The notes: a model not told the origin generated them from the sequence alone. DNA of 64,000 nucleotides from Blastocatellia bacterium (GCA_046565505.1 JBKHYJ010000035.1:1919-65918), one strand, 5' to 3'. Shown: positions 17,382 to 27,972, numbered from the stretch's first letter. Program-made: numbers and translations.

Positions 17382-18254
17382 ATGCGCTTTAAGGTAATTT
17401 CTTTGGTATTGACGCTGGCTGTCTTCTGCCCGGCGGGGCTGGCTTCGCAGGGTGGCCCGGCGCAAGCGGGCGGGCAGCCATCTGTTGAAGAGATCATACG
17501 CCGTTTCGCCGCCGCCGAGAGCGAGAATAAGGTCGCGAGGAATAATTACACCTTCACGCAGGATTTCGACCTCCTGACGCTAGGGGAGGCCGGGTCGATA
17601 ACGGGCCGATTCCATCGCGTATCAGACATCGTCTATGACGACATGGGGAACCGCATCGAAAAGATCACCTTCTTCCCCGCCTCGACGCTCACAGAGTTGT
17701 CGATCACGAATGAAGATATGGCGGACCTCGCCGGGGTGCAGCCCTTCGCGCTGACGACTGAAGACATCCCGAAGTACCAGATAAACTTCCTAGCTAAAGA
17801 GAAGATCGACGAGCTTAACACTTACACTTTCGACGTGAAGCCGAAGCAGATCAGGAAAGGCGAGCGGTACTTTGAAGGCCGCATCTGGGTCGACGACCAT
17901 GACCTCCAGATCGTGAAGGTGGCCGGGAAGGCCGTGCCTGAGGTGGGCGATCAAAAGTTCCCGCACTTTGAAACCTACCGCGAGAACATTGACGGCCGCT
18001 ACTGGTTCCCGACCTACGTCTACGCGGACGACGTGCTGAATTTCAGGAAGGGCCCGAGCGTCCATCTGCGGATGACCGTGCGGTATACGAACTATAAGAA
18101 ATTCGGCGGCAGGATACGACTGGCTGACGAAGGCGAGCCCGCGAGCGAAGAAGACTTGAAGGCCGCGGAGAAGAATAAGTCGGCGCAACAGCCGGGCGGC
18201 AAGCCCCCCGAGCCCGCAAAACCGGAGCTGAAGAAGAAGCCCCCTACGGACTGA
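17382..18254 (+). CDS. Secreted LolA-like / outer-membrane-lipoprotein-sorting-like protein (function uncertain)
   Basis: Signal peptide MRFKVISLVLTLAVFCPAGLASQ. Motif block TYTFDVKPKQIRKGERYFEGRIWVDDHDLQIVKV...YWFPTYVYADD is typical of LolA-like fold proteins. It is a paralogue of the next gene. Confidence 0.7.
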   Translation: MRFKVISLVLTLAVFCPAGLASQGGPAQAGGQPSVEEIIRRFAAAESENKVARNNYTFTQDFDLLTLGEAGSITGRFHRVSDIVYDDMGNRIEKITFFPASTLTELSITNEDMADLAGVQPFALTTEDIPKYQINFLAKEKIDELNTYTFDVKPKQIRKGERYFEGRIWVDDHDLQIVKVAGKAVPEVGDQKFPHFETYRENIDGRYWFPTYVYADDVLNFRKGPSVHLRMTVRYTNYKKFGGRIRLADEGEPASEEDLKAAEKNKSAQQPGGKPPEPAKPELKKKPPTD

Positions 18255-18334
18255 GACAGGATTTCGGCCGGAGGGATTGAGTCGATTCGGGTCTCCCCGG
18301 CGAGCTTCGACGCCAGGCAAGGTGTGGCCCGCGC

Positions 18335-19123
18335 TTGAGGATAATCATCGAAAAGGCGTTGCGTTTTTTCTGCGCAGGGCTGACGCTCTCGTCGGCTTTG
18401 GGCGCGGCCGCGGGCGGGGTTGCCCCGAGCCCCAAGCCCGGCCCGTCACCTCCTCTGCAGGTGAGTCAGTCACCTTCCACTCAAGAGATACTTCAGGCGG
18501 CGGCAGAAAACGGCAGGCTGGCGCTCGCCGCGCTGCGCGAATACACTTACTACACTGAGCTTACCATCGAAACGCTGAGCCAGGCCGACACGGTCACGGG
18601 CAAATACTACCGCTTCGCGGAGGTGTCTTTCGACAGCGGCGGGAACCGACATGAAAGAAATTTAGAGAGCACCTCGACCTTGCCTAAAGACTTCCGCTTC
18701 GGCGTAGCCTCCGCCGACGACCTCGTCCGCGTATACCAGTTCGTAATCACGCCCGATACGCTCCGCCACTACGAATTCAATTACGTCGGGCGAGAGCAGG
18801 TGGATGAGCTGCGCACGTACGTATTCGACGTACAGCCGGTCGTGAAAATGGGCGAGCCGGGGAAGGCGCGTGAGCGTTACTTTCGAGGCCGCGTTTGGGT
18901 TGACGATCAGGACCTGTCGGTGGTCAAAGTGACGGGAGAAGTGCTGCCGGAGGAGAAGGGCCTCAGGACTCCGAGGTTCGAGACGTATTTCCAGAATCAT
19001 GGTAAATACTGGTTCCCTGCTTACTGCTCCGGCGAGGACCGCATTCGCGTGGACAAGTACCCGACTCGCGTCCTGGTAAAGCTCCGGTTCACAGGTTATA
19101 AGAAGGTGAATTCTAAAGGATGA
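18335..19123 (+). CDS. Secreted LolA-like protein, paralogue of 17382..18254
   Basis: Shares TYVFDVQPVVKMGEPGKARERYFRGRVWVDDQDLSVVKV...YWFPAYCSGED with the previous gene. The start is non-ATG (TTG). There is a 4-nt ATGA overlap with the next gene. Confidence 0.7.
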   Translation: MRIIIEKALRFFCAGLTLSSALGAAAGGVAPSPKPGPSPPLQVSQSPSTQEILQAAAENGRLALAALREYTYYTELTIETLSQADTVTGKYYRFAEVSFDSGGNRHERNLESTSTLPKDFRFGVASADDLVRVYQFVITPDTLRHYEFNYVGREQVDELRTYVFDVQPVVKMGEPGKARERYFRGRVWVDDQDLSVVKVTGEVLPEEKGLRTPRFETYFQNHGKYWFPAYCSGEDRIRVDKYPTRVLVKLRFTGYKKVNSKG

Positions 19124-21360
19124 CCGCCGCTGCCGCCACTTTCAACCCGCTCCGGTCCGTGAAAGTCCGCTCTGTTTGCGCCGCCGCCGTCTTCGCCACA
19201 TCGCTCGCCCTTTACGCCCGTACTCTCGCGCCGACCGTGACGCTCGTCGACAGCGGCGAGCTAATACTGGCCGCCAGCACGCTCGGCGTCGCCCACCCGC
19301 CGGGCTTTCCGCTTTACGTATTGCTCGCCCACGTCGCGACCATGCCCCCGTTCGGGAGCGTGGCCGCAAGGGTCAATTTCGCTTCCGCTTTTTTTGCCGC
19401 GCTCGCGGCCTCTATGCTGGTGCTCGTAGTCGCGGAGTTGTTATTGACCCTGCCTCCTGTTCGCGCGCAAAAAAAGAAGGCGCGGGGGCGTGCCGGGCGG
19501 AATAAAAAGGCCGGGAAGGTTCCGCCGAATCCCTCGCCGGCCATGTCGGAAGAGGTGAATCAGTATTTGCGGTGGATGACTGCGCTGGCCCCTTGCCTCA
19601 CCGCGGGATTGCTATTCGCCTTCTCCCGCACGCTTTGGGCTTACGCGACCATAGCGGAAGTTTATACGCTCAACGCCTTCCTAATACTCATGGTCTTCTT
19701 TCTGATGTTTCGGTGGCGCCGCAGAATGATAGACCGGCAGGACAGGCCGGCCGAGACTGATTCGCGCCGCGGAGGAGCGCAGCCGCCGGATGAGCGAAAG
19801 AACAGTTCGGAGAATTTGCGCGGCCCCGCATCCGCGCAGGCCAAGCCGCGAGGCAATCCGCCTTTGCGGGGGCCGTACCGCCTGCTTTACGCCGCGTCCT
19901 TCGCCTTCGGGCTGGCGCTGTGCGTCCACCATGCGACGGTCGGCGTCAACATACTGGCGCTCGCGGCGCTCGTTTACTTTACAGATGGGCTGAGATTCTT
20001 TTCGAGCAAGCGATTGATTTACGCGGCGGCGTTCGCCATTGCGGGGCTGAGCGTTTACTTGTTTCTGCCGCTCGCGGCTTCGCGCTCACCCATTATGAAT
20101 TGGGGCGACCCCCGGACGCCCGAGCGGTTCTGGCGGCACGTGACGGGCAGGCAGTACCAGGTTTTCCTGTCGCCATCTTTGAATACGATGGTGGGGCAGC
20201 TAGGCCCCTTCTTCAGGCTCGCCGCGCGGGAGTTCAACCCGTGGTGGCTGCCCGCTGCCGTCGCGCTCGCCGCTATGGGTTTCGCGGCTTTGTTCAGGCG
20301 CGACCGAACGGCTTTCTGGTTCCTGGCCCTCGTAATGATCGGCGACCTCGCGTACGCACTCAACTACGAAATCGCGGAGGATAAAGACGCCTACTACCTG
20401 CCGACGTTCATCGCTATGGCGGTCGCGGCGGGAGTCGGCGCGGACTGGCTCGTGCGCCCCGCCAGATTCAGGTGGCTGCCGGTCAACCTGACCCGCGCCG
20501 TGGCGGTCTGCCTGGTCGTGGTGATCCCGCTGACGGCTTTCGCGTCGAACCTGCCTTATAACGACCGGAGCCGTTACTACATCGCCCGAGATTACGCGGA
20601 TAACATTTTAAGCACGGTCGAGCCGAATGGCATGCTGCTGACGCTCGACTGGCAAGTCTACTCTCCGCTGCTTTACCTACAGAGGGTCGAGGGGCGGCGG
20701 ACGGACGTGGTGGCGATTGACCTGTTACAGCTCCGACGCTCCTGGTACTTCGATTATCTTGAGCGCGAGTACCCCGAGATGATGGGGAAGGCGCGGGACA
20801 AGGTGGGCGCTTTCCTGGAAGACCTGAGGCATTGGGAAGAAGACGCGGAGCTTTACCAGCGCGACCTCGCCCTCAACCAGCGAATCAACAGCCGCTTTTA
20901 TGAAATGATTCTGTCCTTCGTGAGCAATCACCTTCAGTCGGCGCCTGTCTACATCACGGAGGACGTGGCGACGAATTTTCAAGGCCAGGATAGCGAGCTT
21001 ACGAAGTCGCTGTCGTCCGCCTACGGCCCGTTCGTCCCGCAGGGGCTTGTGTTTCAGCTACCGACCGACTCTAAATTTCACGAGCCGGCCCGGCCCGCCT
21101 TGGTGACAAGGGGGCTGTTCGACGGCGCGATAAAGCTCGAAGACGACGACGTAGCGATGATAAAGGTGCGGCCCGTATACCTCAGGATGCTAGTCAACCG
21201 CGGGCGATACCTCGCGGCGTACGGCCGCCACGAAGAAGCCATTGAGGCGTTCGAGCAGGCGCTCGCGCTCGACCCGGGCTTCAAGTACGCTCAGCAATCA
21301 ATGAGTGAGAGCGCGGCCGCCTTGCGCAAGGGCGAATCGAATAAGTCGGGCGGGGAATAA
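19120..21360 (+). CDS. DUF2723-family GT-C membrane glycosyltransferase (TMEM260-like, putative protein O-mannosyltransferase) with a C-terminal TPR-like region
   Basis: Family-typical N-terminal motif VDSGELILAASTLGVAHPPGFPLYVLL. More than 10 hydrophobic segments and a basic low-complexity cytoplasmic insert. The C-terminus GRHEEAIEAFEQALALDPGF is TPR-like. Confidence 0.8.
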   Translation: MTAAAATFNPLRSVKVRSVCAAAVFATSLALYARTLAPTVTLVDSGELILAASTLGVAHPPGFPLYVLLAHVATMPPFGSVAARVNFASAFFAALAASMLVLVVAELLLTLPPVRAQKKKARGRAGRNKKAGKVPPNPSPAMSEEVNQYLRWMTALAPCLTAGLLFAFSRTLWAYATIAEVYTLNAFLILMVFFLMFRWRRRMIDRQDRPAETDSRRGGAQPPDERKNSSENLRGPASAQAKPRGNPPLRGPYRLLYAASFAFGLALCVHHATVGVNILALAALVYFTDGLRFFSSKRLIYAAAFAIAGLSVYLFLPLAASRSPIMNWGDPRTPERFWRHVTGRQYQVFLSPSLNTMVGQLGPFFRLAAREFNPWWLPAAVALAAMGFAALFRRDRTAFWFLALVMIGDLAYALNYEIAEDKDAYYLPTFIAMAVAAGVGADWLVRPARFRWLPVNLTRAVAVCLVVVIPLTAFASNLPYNDRSRYYIARDYADNILSTVEPNGMLLTLDWQVYSPLLYLQRVEGRRTDVVAIDLLQLRRSWYFDYLEREYPEMMGKARDKVGAFLEDLRHWEEDAELYQRDLALNQRINSRFYEMILSFVSNHLQSAPVYITEDVATNFQGQDSELTKSLSSAYGPFVPQGLVFQLPTDSKFHEPARPALVTRGLFDGAIKLEDDDVAMIKVRPVYLRMLVNRGRYLAAYGRHEEAIEAFEQALALDPGFKYAQQSMSESAAALRKGESNKSGGE

Positions 21361-21452
21361 ATGCGCGCGGTCCGGCAGGCTCTTGAGCGGTTGCCCGACG
21401 CCTCCCTAACTTGTAGCATGCGAATTGAACCTGTCATCATGGAGTAACGGCG

Positions 21453-21848
21453 ATGTCGAAGGACGAAATAGATTACTCTCTACTGCCGGGCCACGCGCTC
21501 ACGCCCGGCGAGATATACATCGAGATGAAAAGAAGGCTCGACGCGGGCGCGCGCGCGGCCGCCATGGCTACCGTCGTGAAGACGAGCGGGTCCACGCCCC
21601 AGCAGGTAGGCGCGAAGCTCGTCGTGTTCGACGACGGCTCCGTGATCGGGACGGTCGGGGGCGGGTGCGTCGAGGCTGACATTTACGCCGAAGCGCGCGA
21701 AGTCCTGCGCACGGGGATCGATGATATATACCAATTCAACCTCGCGGACGACTACGAAGACGCGGAAGGGATGGTCTGCGGCGGGCAGATGCACGTGCTC
21801 ATAGAGCGGTGGTCTTACGACGACGAGGAAGAGGCCGGGGATGAATGA
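21453..21848 (+). CDS. XdhC/CoxI-family protein, N-terminal domain only
   Basis: ATVVKTSGSTPQQVGAKLVVFDDGSVIGTVGGGCVEADIYAEAREVL is the XdhC_CoxI signature. At 131 aa it lacks the Rossmann-like C-domain. Confidence 0.8.
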   Translation: MSKDEIDYSLLPGHALTPGEIYIEMKRRLDAGARAAAMATVVKTSGSTPQQVGAKLVVFDDGSVIGTVGGGCVEADIYAEAREVLRTGIDDIYQFNLADDYEDAEGMVCGGQMHVLIERWSYDDEEEAGDE

Positions 21849-22003
21849 GTCGGCCCGCGCGCGGCCTATGAATGGCGCGGGCATCACGCCGCCCGCATCG
21901 GAGGCGGCCCCAGGTTCGGTACGCGCAGTTCAATTACCTTAATCATTTTCTGGGCTTCAAAAACTAACCATCGTTAGCCCGCTATGTGATAAACTTTGTT
22001 CAT

Positions 22004-23383
22004 ATGACGGGGCAGCGCGTGCTGATAGTGGATGACGAAGAACCTGCGCGCCAGGGGCTGAGCGAAGTCGTCGAAAGCTGGGGCTACGAGACGGAGACGG
22101 CCGCAGACGGTCGCGAGGCCCTGGAGCGCGTGGAATCGTTTTTCCCCCTCGTCGTCATCACGGACGTGGTAATGCCGAACCTCAACGGGTTCAAGCTGCT
22201 GTCTAAGCTCAGGCAAAATCATCCCGAGACTGCCGTGATACTCCTGACGGGCCAGGGGTCTGTTGACGCGGCCATCCGCTCCGTCAAAGACGAGGGCGCG
22301 TTTTACTACTTTGAAAAGCCCATAGACATGCGCAGGCTTCAGCTCGTGCTCAGGAAAGCCGCCGAGTACTCCAGCGCGCGGCGCGAGAACGAGATGCTGC
22401 GCCGGCAATTGCGCCAGTACGGAGCGTTCGGCGAGATGGTCGGGTCGTCCGAGGCCATGCGCGAGATTTACACCTTGATCGAGCAGGTCGCGCCGAGCGC
22501 CGTATCGGTGCTCGTGACGGGCGAATCGGGCACGGGCAAGGAGATGGTCGCGCGCACTATCCACAAGCTCAGCCCGCGCGCGAACCTTCCCTTCATTGCG
22601 ATCAACTGCGCGGCCGTGCCCGAGACCTTGATGGAGTCGGAGCTGTTCGGCCATGAAAAGGGGGCGTTCACGGGGGCGGCCGAGCGGCGCATCGGGTGTT
22701 TCGAGTTCGCAAACAGCGGCACGCTCCTGCTCGACGAGATAGCCGAGATGCCTTTTCTGTTGCAGGCGAAGCTGCTGCGCGTCCTGGAAGACAAGACCGT
22801 CCGCCGCCTGGGCGGCACCAAAGAGATGAGCGTTGACGTGCGCGTCATCGCGGCCACCAACAAGGATCCGCACAAGGCCGTCCAGGAGGGCACGCTCAGG
22901 GAGGACTTGCTGTACCGCCTCAACGTCATTACAATCAAGCTGCCCCCGCTGCGCGATCACCGTGACGACGTCCCGCTGCTCGCCCAGCACATGATAGATG
23001 ATTTAAGCCGCCGCCATAATAAATCGGCGCGGCTCATCTCGACCGACGCGATGGAGGCGCTGCTCGGTTATCACTGGCCCGGCAACGTACGCGAGCTGCG
23101 CAACGTCATCGAGCGGGCCGTCGTGATTTGCCAGGAAGAGCAAATAGAAAAGAGACACCTCCCCCTTCACATCACCGGCCAGAAACCCTCACCTACAACC
23201 GACGCCGTGATGATACCGATAGGCATGCCGCTCGATGAAGTCGAGCGGCGAGTGATTCTGAGCACGCTCGCGCGGACAGACTATAACAAGACGCGGACTG
23301 CCGAAACTCTACGGATAAGCCTGAAGACGCTCCATAACAAGCTGAAGGCTTACAGGGAAGCGGGCGAAGAACAACTCGATTAG
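22004..23383 (+). CDS. Sigma-54-dependent response regulator (NtrC/AtoC family)
   Basis: Receiver [12 protein letters not shown]...[16 protein letters not shown]+ domain GESGTGKE and [42 protein letters not shown]. The start is the ATG at 22004 or the GTG at 21986. Confidence 0.9.
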   Translation: MTGQRVLIVDDEEPARQGLSEVVESWGYETETAADGREALERVESFFPLVVITDVVMPNLNGFKLLSKLRQNHPETAVILLTGQGSVDAAIRSVKDEGAFYYFEKPIDMRRLQLVLRKAAEYSSARRENEMLRRQLRQYGAFGEMVGSSEAMREIYTLIEQVAPSAVSVLVTGESGTGKEMVARTIHKLSPRANLPFIAINCAAVPETLMESELFGHEKGAFTGAAERRIGCFEFANSGTLLLDEIAEMPFLLQAKLLRVLEDKTVRRLGGTKEMSVDVRVIAATNKDPHKAVQEGTLREDLLYRLNVITIKLPPLRDHRDDVPLLAQHMIDDLSRRHNKSARLISTDAMEALLGYHWPGNVRELRNVIERAVVICQEEQIEKRHLPLHITGQKPSPTTDAVMIPIGMPLDEVERRVILSTLARTDYNKTRTAETLRISLKTLHNKLKAYREAGEEQLD

Positions 23384-23500
23384 GAAACGATGAGCGATGT
23401 ACGTTGTACGGCGAGTGATACGTGGTAGGGCCGCACCCCCGGAGCGCGGGCGGGCCTGAACCCTCATTCGTCGTTCACCGTTCCTCGTACCTATTTCATC

Positions 23501-25441
23501 ATGGCAACAGCAACAGCCGAAACGACTAGAGCAGAGGAAGAGCCGGCCGGGGCAAGCCAGAGCGCCCCTCCGGGACTGTCGCCCCTGCCGCGGCTGGGCG
23601 TGCGCGCGCGGCAGATAGCGTTAATCACTCTGCTGGTCGCGCTGGTCGTGATGGTCACGACTGTCATTAACATCGCGCACCTGACGGGCGTCATCATCAA
23701 CCGCACGGAGGAGGAGGCGCGCCAGGTGTCGAGTCAAATCGGGTACGCGATCAATCAGGAGCTCTCGCGGAATTTGACCGCCGAACGCCAGGACCCATAC
23801 GCGGCCATCGCCGGCCAGCGCTCGGGCGTGCGCAGCCTGATGGAGTCAACCATCGTCAGTTCGCAGACCATCGCGTACGTGTACCTGGCTGACACGGCGG
23901 GCGAGATTATCACGGACGGCGGCGGCCGCAACGAGCTGGCGGCCAACCGGCATATGATCGGCGACCTCTCCGCGCCGCCGCCCGGACTGAGCAGGCTGAC
24001 CGGGGAGAGCGCATACGTTCAGCTCGCCCAGATGCTATTCGGCCCCGCGATCTACGAGTTCCGCAACACGCTCGGCAGCGAAGGCGGGCTCCAGAGCGAG
24101 CTTCACGTGGGAATCTCTTCGGCGGCCGTCCGCCGCGAATTGCTCGGCCCCATCGCGACGAACCTCATCATAGGGCTGCTGGCGATCGTAGGCGCGGCGT
24201 TAGTGGCAATCACTTCGGCAAACCTCCTGCTCAGGCCGCTCGAAGTGATTCAGAAGAGGATCGACCAGTTGGGGCTTGAGGGCGAGCACGACTTAATCAA
24301 TGAAGAAGACTTGCCGCCCGACGAGATGGTGACGGGCGTGGCGACGAGGCTCAGGCAGATAGGCGAGCGGCTCGCGGGCGAGCGCAGCGAGCTAGCCATT
24401 ATGCGCGGCAGGCTCCGCCAGGTCATAAGCCACCTCGAAGAGCGGTTGCTGTTAATCAACCGCGAAGGGCGCGTCATCCTCGCCAGCCCAGACGCGGAGC
24501 AGATCCTCGGCGTCAACGACATGGAGCTGACCGGACTGCCGATTGATGAGAGCCTCGGGCTCGATCACCCCCTGGTCGAGACGGTCGAGCGCGCCTTCAG
24601 CGAGCGCAAGTCAATCGCGCGCACGACCCTACACATACCCGACGGCGCGGGCACGCGCCAGTTGCTCACCTCCGTGCAGTACATAGAAGACGCGGGCGAG
24701 CCGGTCGGGGCGCTCGTCAGCCTGCGCGACTACGAGTCGTTTCAGAAATACGAATCTCAATGGGACCTGTCGAAGAAGCTCGCCGACCTCGGCCGCATCA
24801 CGTCCGGCATCGCGCATGAGGTCAAGAACCCGCTCAACGCGATGGTGATTCACCTGGAGATACTTCGCTCGAAGCTTGACTCGGGCAGCGGGAGCCCGAA
24901 GCCACAACTGGAGATTCTCGATTCGGAAATCAAGCGGCTTGACCGCGTCGTGCAGACGTTCCTCAATTTCACGCGGCCGGTCGAGATTCACTTAGAGCCA
25001 TTCGATTTGAACGTGGTCGTTGGGCATGTGGTCGCGCTCGCATCGACGGAGGCGAATGAACTCGGCGTAACGATCAATAAGGAGCTGGCCGATGGGCAGC
25101 TGATAGTCAAAGGCGACGCCGACCTTCTCAAGCAAGCTCTGCTTAACGTCATCATCAACGGTTGCCAGGCTATGCCCGAAGGCGGGCCGTTAAAGTTGAC
25201 GACTCTGCGGGGCAGCGATGGGTCGGCGCGCATCATGATCACAGACAGGGGCGTGGGCATCTCTGAAGAAGGCCGCGACCGCATCTTCAATCTTTATTAC
25301 ACGACGAAAAAAGGCGGGACAGGGATCGGCCTCGCGCAAGCGTTCCGCGCGGTGCAGCTTCACAATGGGCAGATACGCTTTGACAGCGAAGTGGGCGTCG
25401 GCACTACGTTCGAGATTATCCTCCCGGCGTTGAACATGTGA
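23501..25441 (+). CDS. Membrane sensor histidine kinase (periplasmic loop, HAMP-like, PAS, HisKA, HATPase_c), the likely partner of 22004..23383
   Basis: Two TM segments. H-box GRITSGIAHEVKNPLNAM (NtrB-like), N-box LNVIINGCQAM, G-boxes DRGVGI and GGTGIGLA. Confidence 0.9.
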   Translation: MATATAETTRAEEEPAGASQSAPPGLSPLPRLGVRARQIALITLLVALVVMVTTVINIAHLTGVIINRTEEEARQVSSQIGYAINQELSRNLTAERQDPYAAIAGQRSGVRSLMESTIVSSQTIAYVYLADTAGEIITDGGGRNELAANRHMIGDLSAPPPGLSRLTGESAYVQLAQMLFGPAIYEFRNTLGSEGGLQSELHVGISSAAVRRELLGPIATNLIIGLLAIVGAALVAITSANLLLRPLEVIQKRIDQLGLEGEHDLINEEDLPPDEMVTGVATRLRQIGERLAGERSELAIMRGRLRQVISHLEERLLLINREGRVILASPDAEQILGVNDMELTGLPIDESLGLDHPLVETVERAFSERKSIARTTLHIPDGAGTRQLLTSVQYIEDAGEPVGALVSLRDYESFQKYESQWDLSKKLADLGRITSGIAHEVKNPLNAMVIHLEILRSKLDSGSGSPKPQLEILDSEIKRLDRVVQTFLNFTRPVEIHLEPFDLNVVVGHVVALASTEANELGVTINKELADGQLIVKGDADLLKQALLNVIINGCQAMPEGGPLKLTTLRGSDGSARIMITDRGVGISEEGRDRIFNLYYTTKKGGTGIGLAQAFRAVQLHNGQIRFDSEVGVGTTFEIILPALNM

Positions 25442-25569
25442 TGGCCGGCCCCCGGCCGAACGCCGGGCGGCTCAAGAATTATTTTTTCACTGTAAACCAA
25501 TGGCGATTTTCAGTCATCACAGACCTGGGGTCGTAGGATTGAAGCGGAGGGGATTGCCGGAGGGCCTAA

Positions 25570-26847
25570 ATGTATACGCAATCCTTCAAGCGAGCAGTCT
25601 CGGCCACGATAGCCGCGCTACTATTGACCGCAAGCTACGTAGTCGCTCAAAGCGAAGAGTCCAACCTTAAAATCACAACGCGACAAAATTCGGAGAGGCG
25701 TGGCGGGCGCGCGACGCCGGTCGCGGGGCTAAGCCGCGAAGCGTCTTTCGCAAGAATACACCCGGGAAATGCCCCCCACTCCGCTCGCAAGGGCCGGCAG
25801 CGGGCGCAATCGCACGCGGAGAGCGTCAGCGCGTTCGCACGGTCGCGGCAGGCCGCCTCCGCGCCGACCATTCAGAGCTTTGCGACCGGAAGCGGCGACG
25901 TAAATGAAATCGAGCCGAATGATCTCGTGGCGCAATCCGTTTCTCTCCCCGTGAACATCTTCGGCGAAATCAGGTTCGATGGCGACGTAGATTTTTTCGC
26001 TTTTACGGCGCTCGCGGGCCAGCGGATAACTGTCGAGCCATTCGCCGCCCGTTTGCGCGATTCTAATCTCGTGGCAGACATCGCGCTTTTCGACGCGTCG
26101 GGCAATTTGCTGGCCTCAGACACGGGCAGCGAGAGCGATGACCCGCTGATTCGTTACCTGCCCGCGCGCGATCAGGTCTTAATAGTCGGCATCGCCGACG
26201 CCGACGACTTGGGCGGGTCGTCCTTCGATTACCTGCTCAACGTCACGCGCGGCGAGGACATAGACGAAATCGAGCCGAACGACCGCGCCGCACAGGATCT
26301 GCCGGGCGTCCCCGTAACCATATTCGGCGATATAGATGGCCGCAACGACGTGGATTTTTACAGCTTCACAGGGACCATCGGCGATACCTTGATTGTAGAC
26401 TTGGACGCCGAGGTTTTAGGATCCCGCCTCGACGCGGAAGCAAACCTTCTCGATCCGGTGACGGGCGTAGAGTATTTTTACAACGATCAATATGACGGCG
26501 ACGACCCACGCTTCAACATAGTGCTGCCTTACACGGGCCGCTACGTGATAGGCGTCGGGTCGTTCAACAGCAATTCGAGAGGCTTCTACAGGCTGAACCT
26601 TTCGCTAGTATCATCGCCGGGCGCGCCTATCATAACGAGCATCACGCGAGTGTCCAAGAAACTTATCGAAGTCACGGGCACCGGGTTCACGAATGGCTCT
26701 CTCGTAGAGGTGAACGGAGATGCGCGCAGGACTACGCTCATCAATTCCGGCACGTTGCATGCAAAAGTCAAGTCGAGGGCGGGCGATGTCGTCACCGTCT
26801 TAAACCCGCCCGACGACAGGCGATCTAACCCTTTACTGGTGCAATGA
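25570..26847 (+). CDS. Secreted protein with two pre-peptidase C-terminal (PPC)-like domains and a C-terminal IPT/TIG-like domain
   Basis: Signal peptide. Two repeats begin EIEPND (NEIEPNDLVAQS...DVDFFAF and DEIEPNDRAAQD...DVDFYSF). The C-terminus is PIITSITRVSKKLIEVTGTGFTNGSLVEVNG. Confidence 0.75.
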   Translation: MYTQSFKRAVSATIAALLLTASYVVAQSEESNLKITTRQNSERRGGRATPVAGLSREASFARIHPGNAPHSARKGRQRAQSHAESVSAFARSRQAASAPTIQSFATGSGDVNEIEPNDLVAQSVSLPVNIFGEIRFDGDVDFFAFTALAGQRITVEPFAARLRDSNLVADIALFDASGNLLASDTGSESDDPLIRYLPARDQVLIVGIADADDLGGSSFDYLLNVTRGEDIDEIEPNDRAAQDLPGVPVTIFGDIDGRNDVDFYSFTGTIGDTLIVDLDAEVLGSRLDAEANLLDPVTGVEYFYNDQYDGDDPRFNIVLPYTGRYVIGVGSFNSNSRGFYRLNLSLVSSPGAPIITSITRVSKKLIEVTGTGFTNGSLVEVNGDARRTTLINSGTLHAKVKSRAGDVVTVLNPPDDRRSNPLLVQ

Positions 26848-27072
26848 CAACAGATCGCCACGGCCATGATGTCGGACGGGCACAGGATTCTTGAATCAGG
26901 CAGGTGTGTTCGGCTATCCTATATGGAAGAGTAAATACCCGATATGGGTAGCCGCGCATTCGATTGTCGTGCTCTTATGGCATATAAAGTGAAGGTAAAA
27001 AATGCACGCCTCGTCGAATGATGGCGCACATGTTCTGCGGCGAGAAGAATAGGGATAGGGAGGAGAGCATTA

Positions 27073-27900
27073 ATGTCAACGAAATTTCTGGCGGCCCTGC
27101 TTGCGGCGGTGCTTGCGGCAGCGGGCGTCCTGTCACTCAGCAATCATCGCCCTTCGACTGAAGATGCCTCGGCGTCCGTCGTGAAAACGGCTCTGGCGTC
27201 GAACCCCGAGGCGGCGGGTAACTCAGGCATAAATACCGACGCTTATATCGGGGACTTCAAGTCGGGGTACGCGGATGGCTTCAATGCCGGGGCTACTGGA
27301 CTCAACTTCCCTGACGAAACGTCAATGGCAAGCAATGCGCGCGGCTATCTCGACGGCTTCAGCCAGGGCTACACTGATGGGCAGGGGCAGCAAGCCAATC
27401 TGCGCAGTCGGCTCTGTCACACCGCCGGTGTCGCGAGCCTGACTGCCAGCCCGGCCGCATATGGCCAGCCGCGATCCGCTCGCACTAATCGGCACTCAAG
27501 GGTCCTGGGCGACCGCGCTTATAACGACTATGCTTACGCGCCTCGATACGACGGAGGTATCGGCTCAACGGCGCGCAAGGCACTGCTGATCGGCGGCGGC
27601 ACGGCGCTCGGCGCCGGGCTTGGCGCAGCAATCGGCGGCAAGAAAGGCGCTTTGATAGGCGCGCTGGTGGGCGGCGGGGGCGGAACCGCTATGGCGCTGA
27701 GCAAGAAGCCGCGGCGCGCTTTCGACCGGAACGTTTCAAAGAAGAGCGTGCTGACGAAATCCTTGATAGGCGCGGGTGCGGGCGCGGCCATCGGGGCGCT
27801 CGCGGGCGGCAAGCGCGGCGCGTTTGCCGGGGCAGCTCTGGGCGGCGGCGGCGGGCTGCTCTGGTCTGTATTGAATGGCAGACGAAGCTATAGGCGATAG
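27073..27900 (+). CDS. Secreted/membrane glycine-zipper protein
   Basis: Signal peptide MSTKFLAALLAAVLAAAGVLS. Two glycine-zipper blocks: LLIGGGTALGAGLGAAIGGKKGALIGALVGGGGG and LIGAGAGAAIGALAGGKRGAFAGAALGGGGG. Confidence 0.7.
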   Translation: MSTKFLAALLAAVLAAAGVLSLSNHRPSTEDASASVVKTALASNPEAAGNSGINTDAYIGDFKSGYADGFNAGATGLNFPDETSMASNARGYLDGFSQGYTDGQGQQANLRSRLCHTAGVASLTASPAAYGQPRSARTNRHSRVLGDRAYNDYAYAPRYDGGIGSTARKALLIGGGTALGAGLGAAIGGKKGALIGALVGGGGGTAMALSKKPRRAFDRNVSKKSVLTKSLIGAGAGAAIGALAGGKRGAFAGAALGGGGGLLWSVLNGRRSYRR

Positions 27901-27940
27901 CGCGCGGAGCCCTCGGCTCCAGCATGGAACGCTGATCTGA

Positions 27941-27972
27941 AGGGGGCGGCCATACGGCGTCCGCCCCTTTTA
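27941..27972 (+). terminator. Rho-independent terminator
   Basis: GGGGCGG-ccatacggcgt-CCGCCCC followed by TTTT, about 40 nt after the stop at 27900. Confidence 0.7.
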
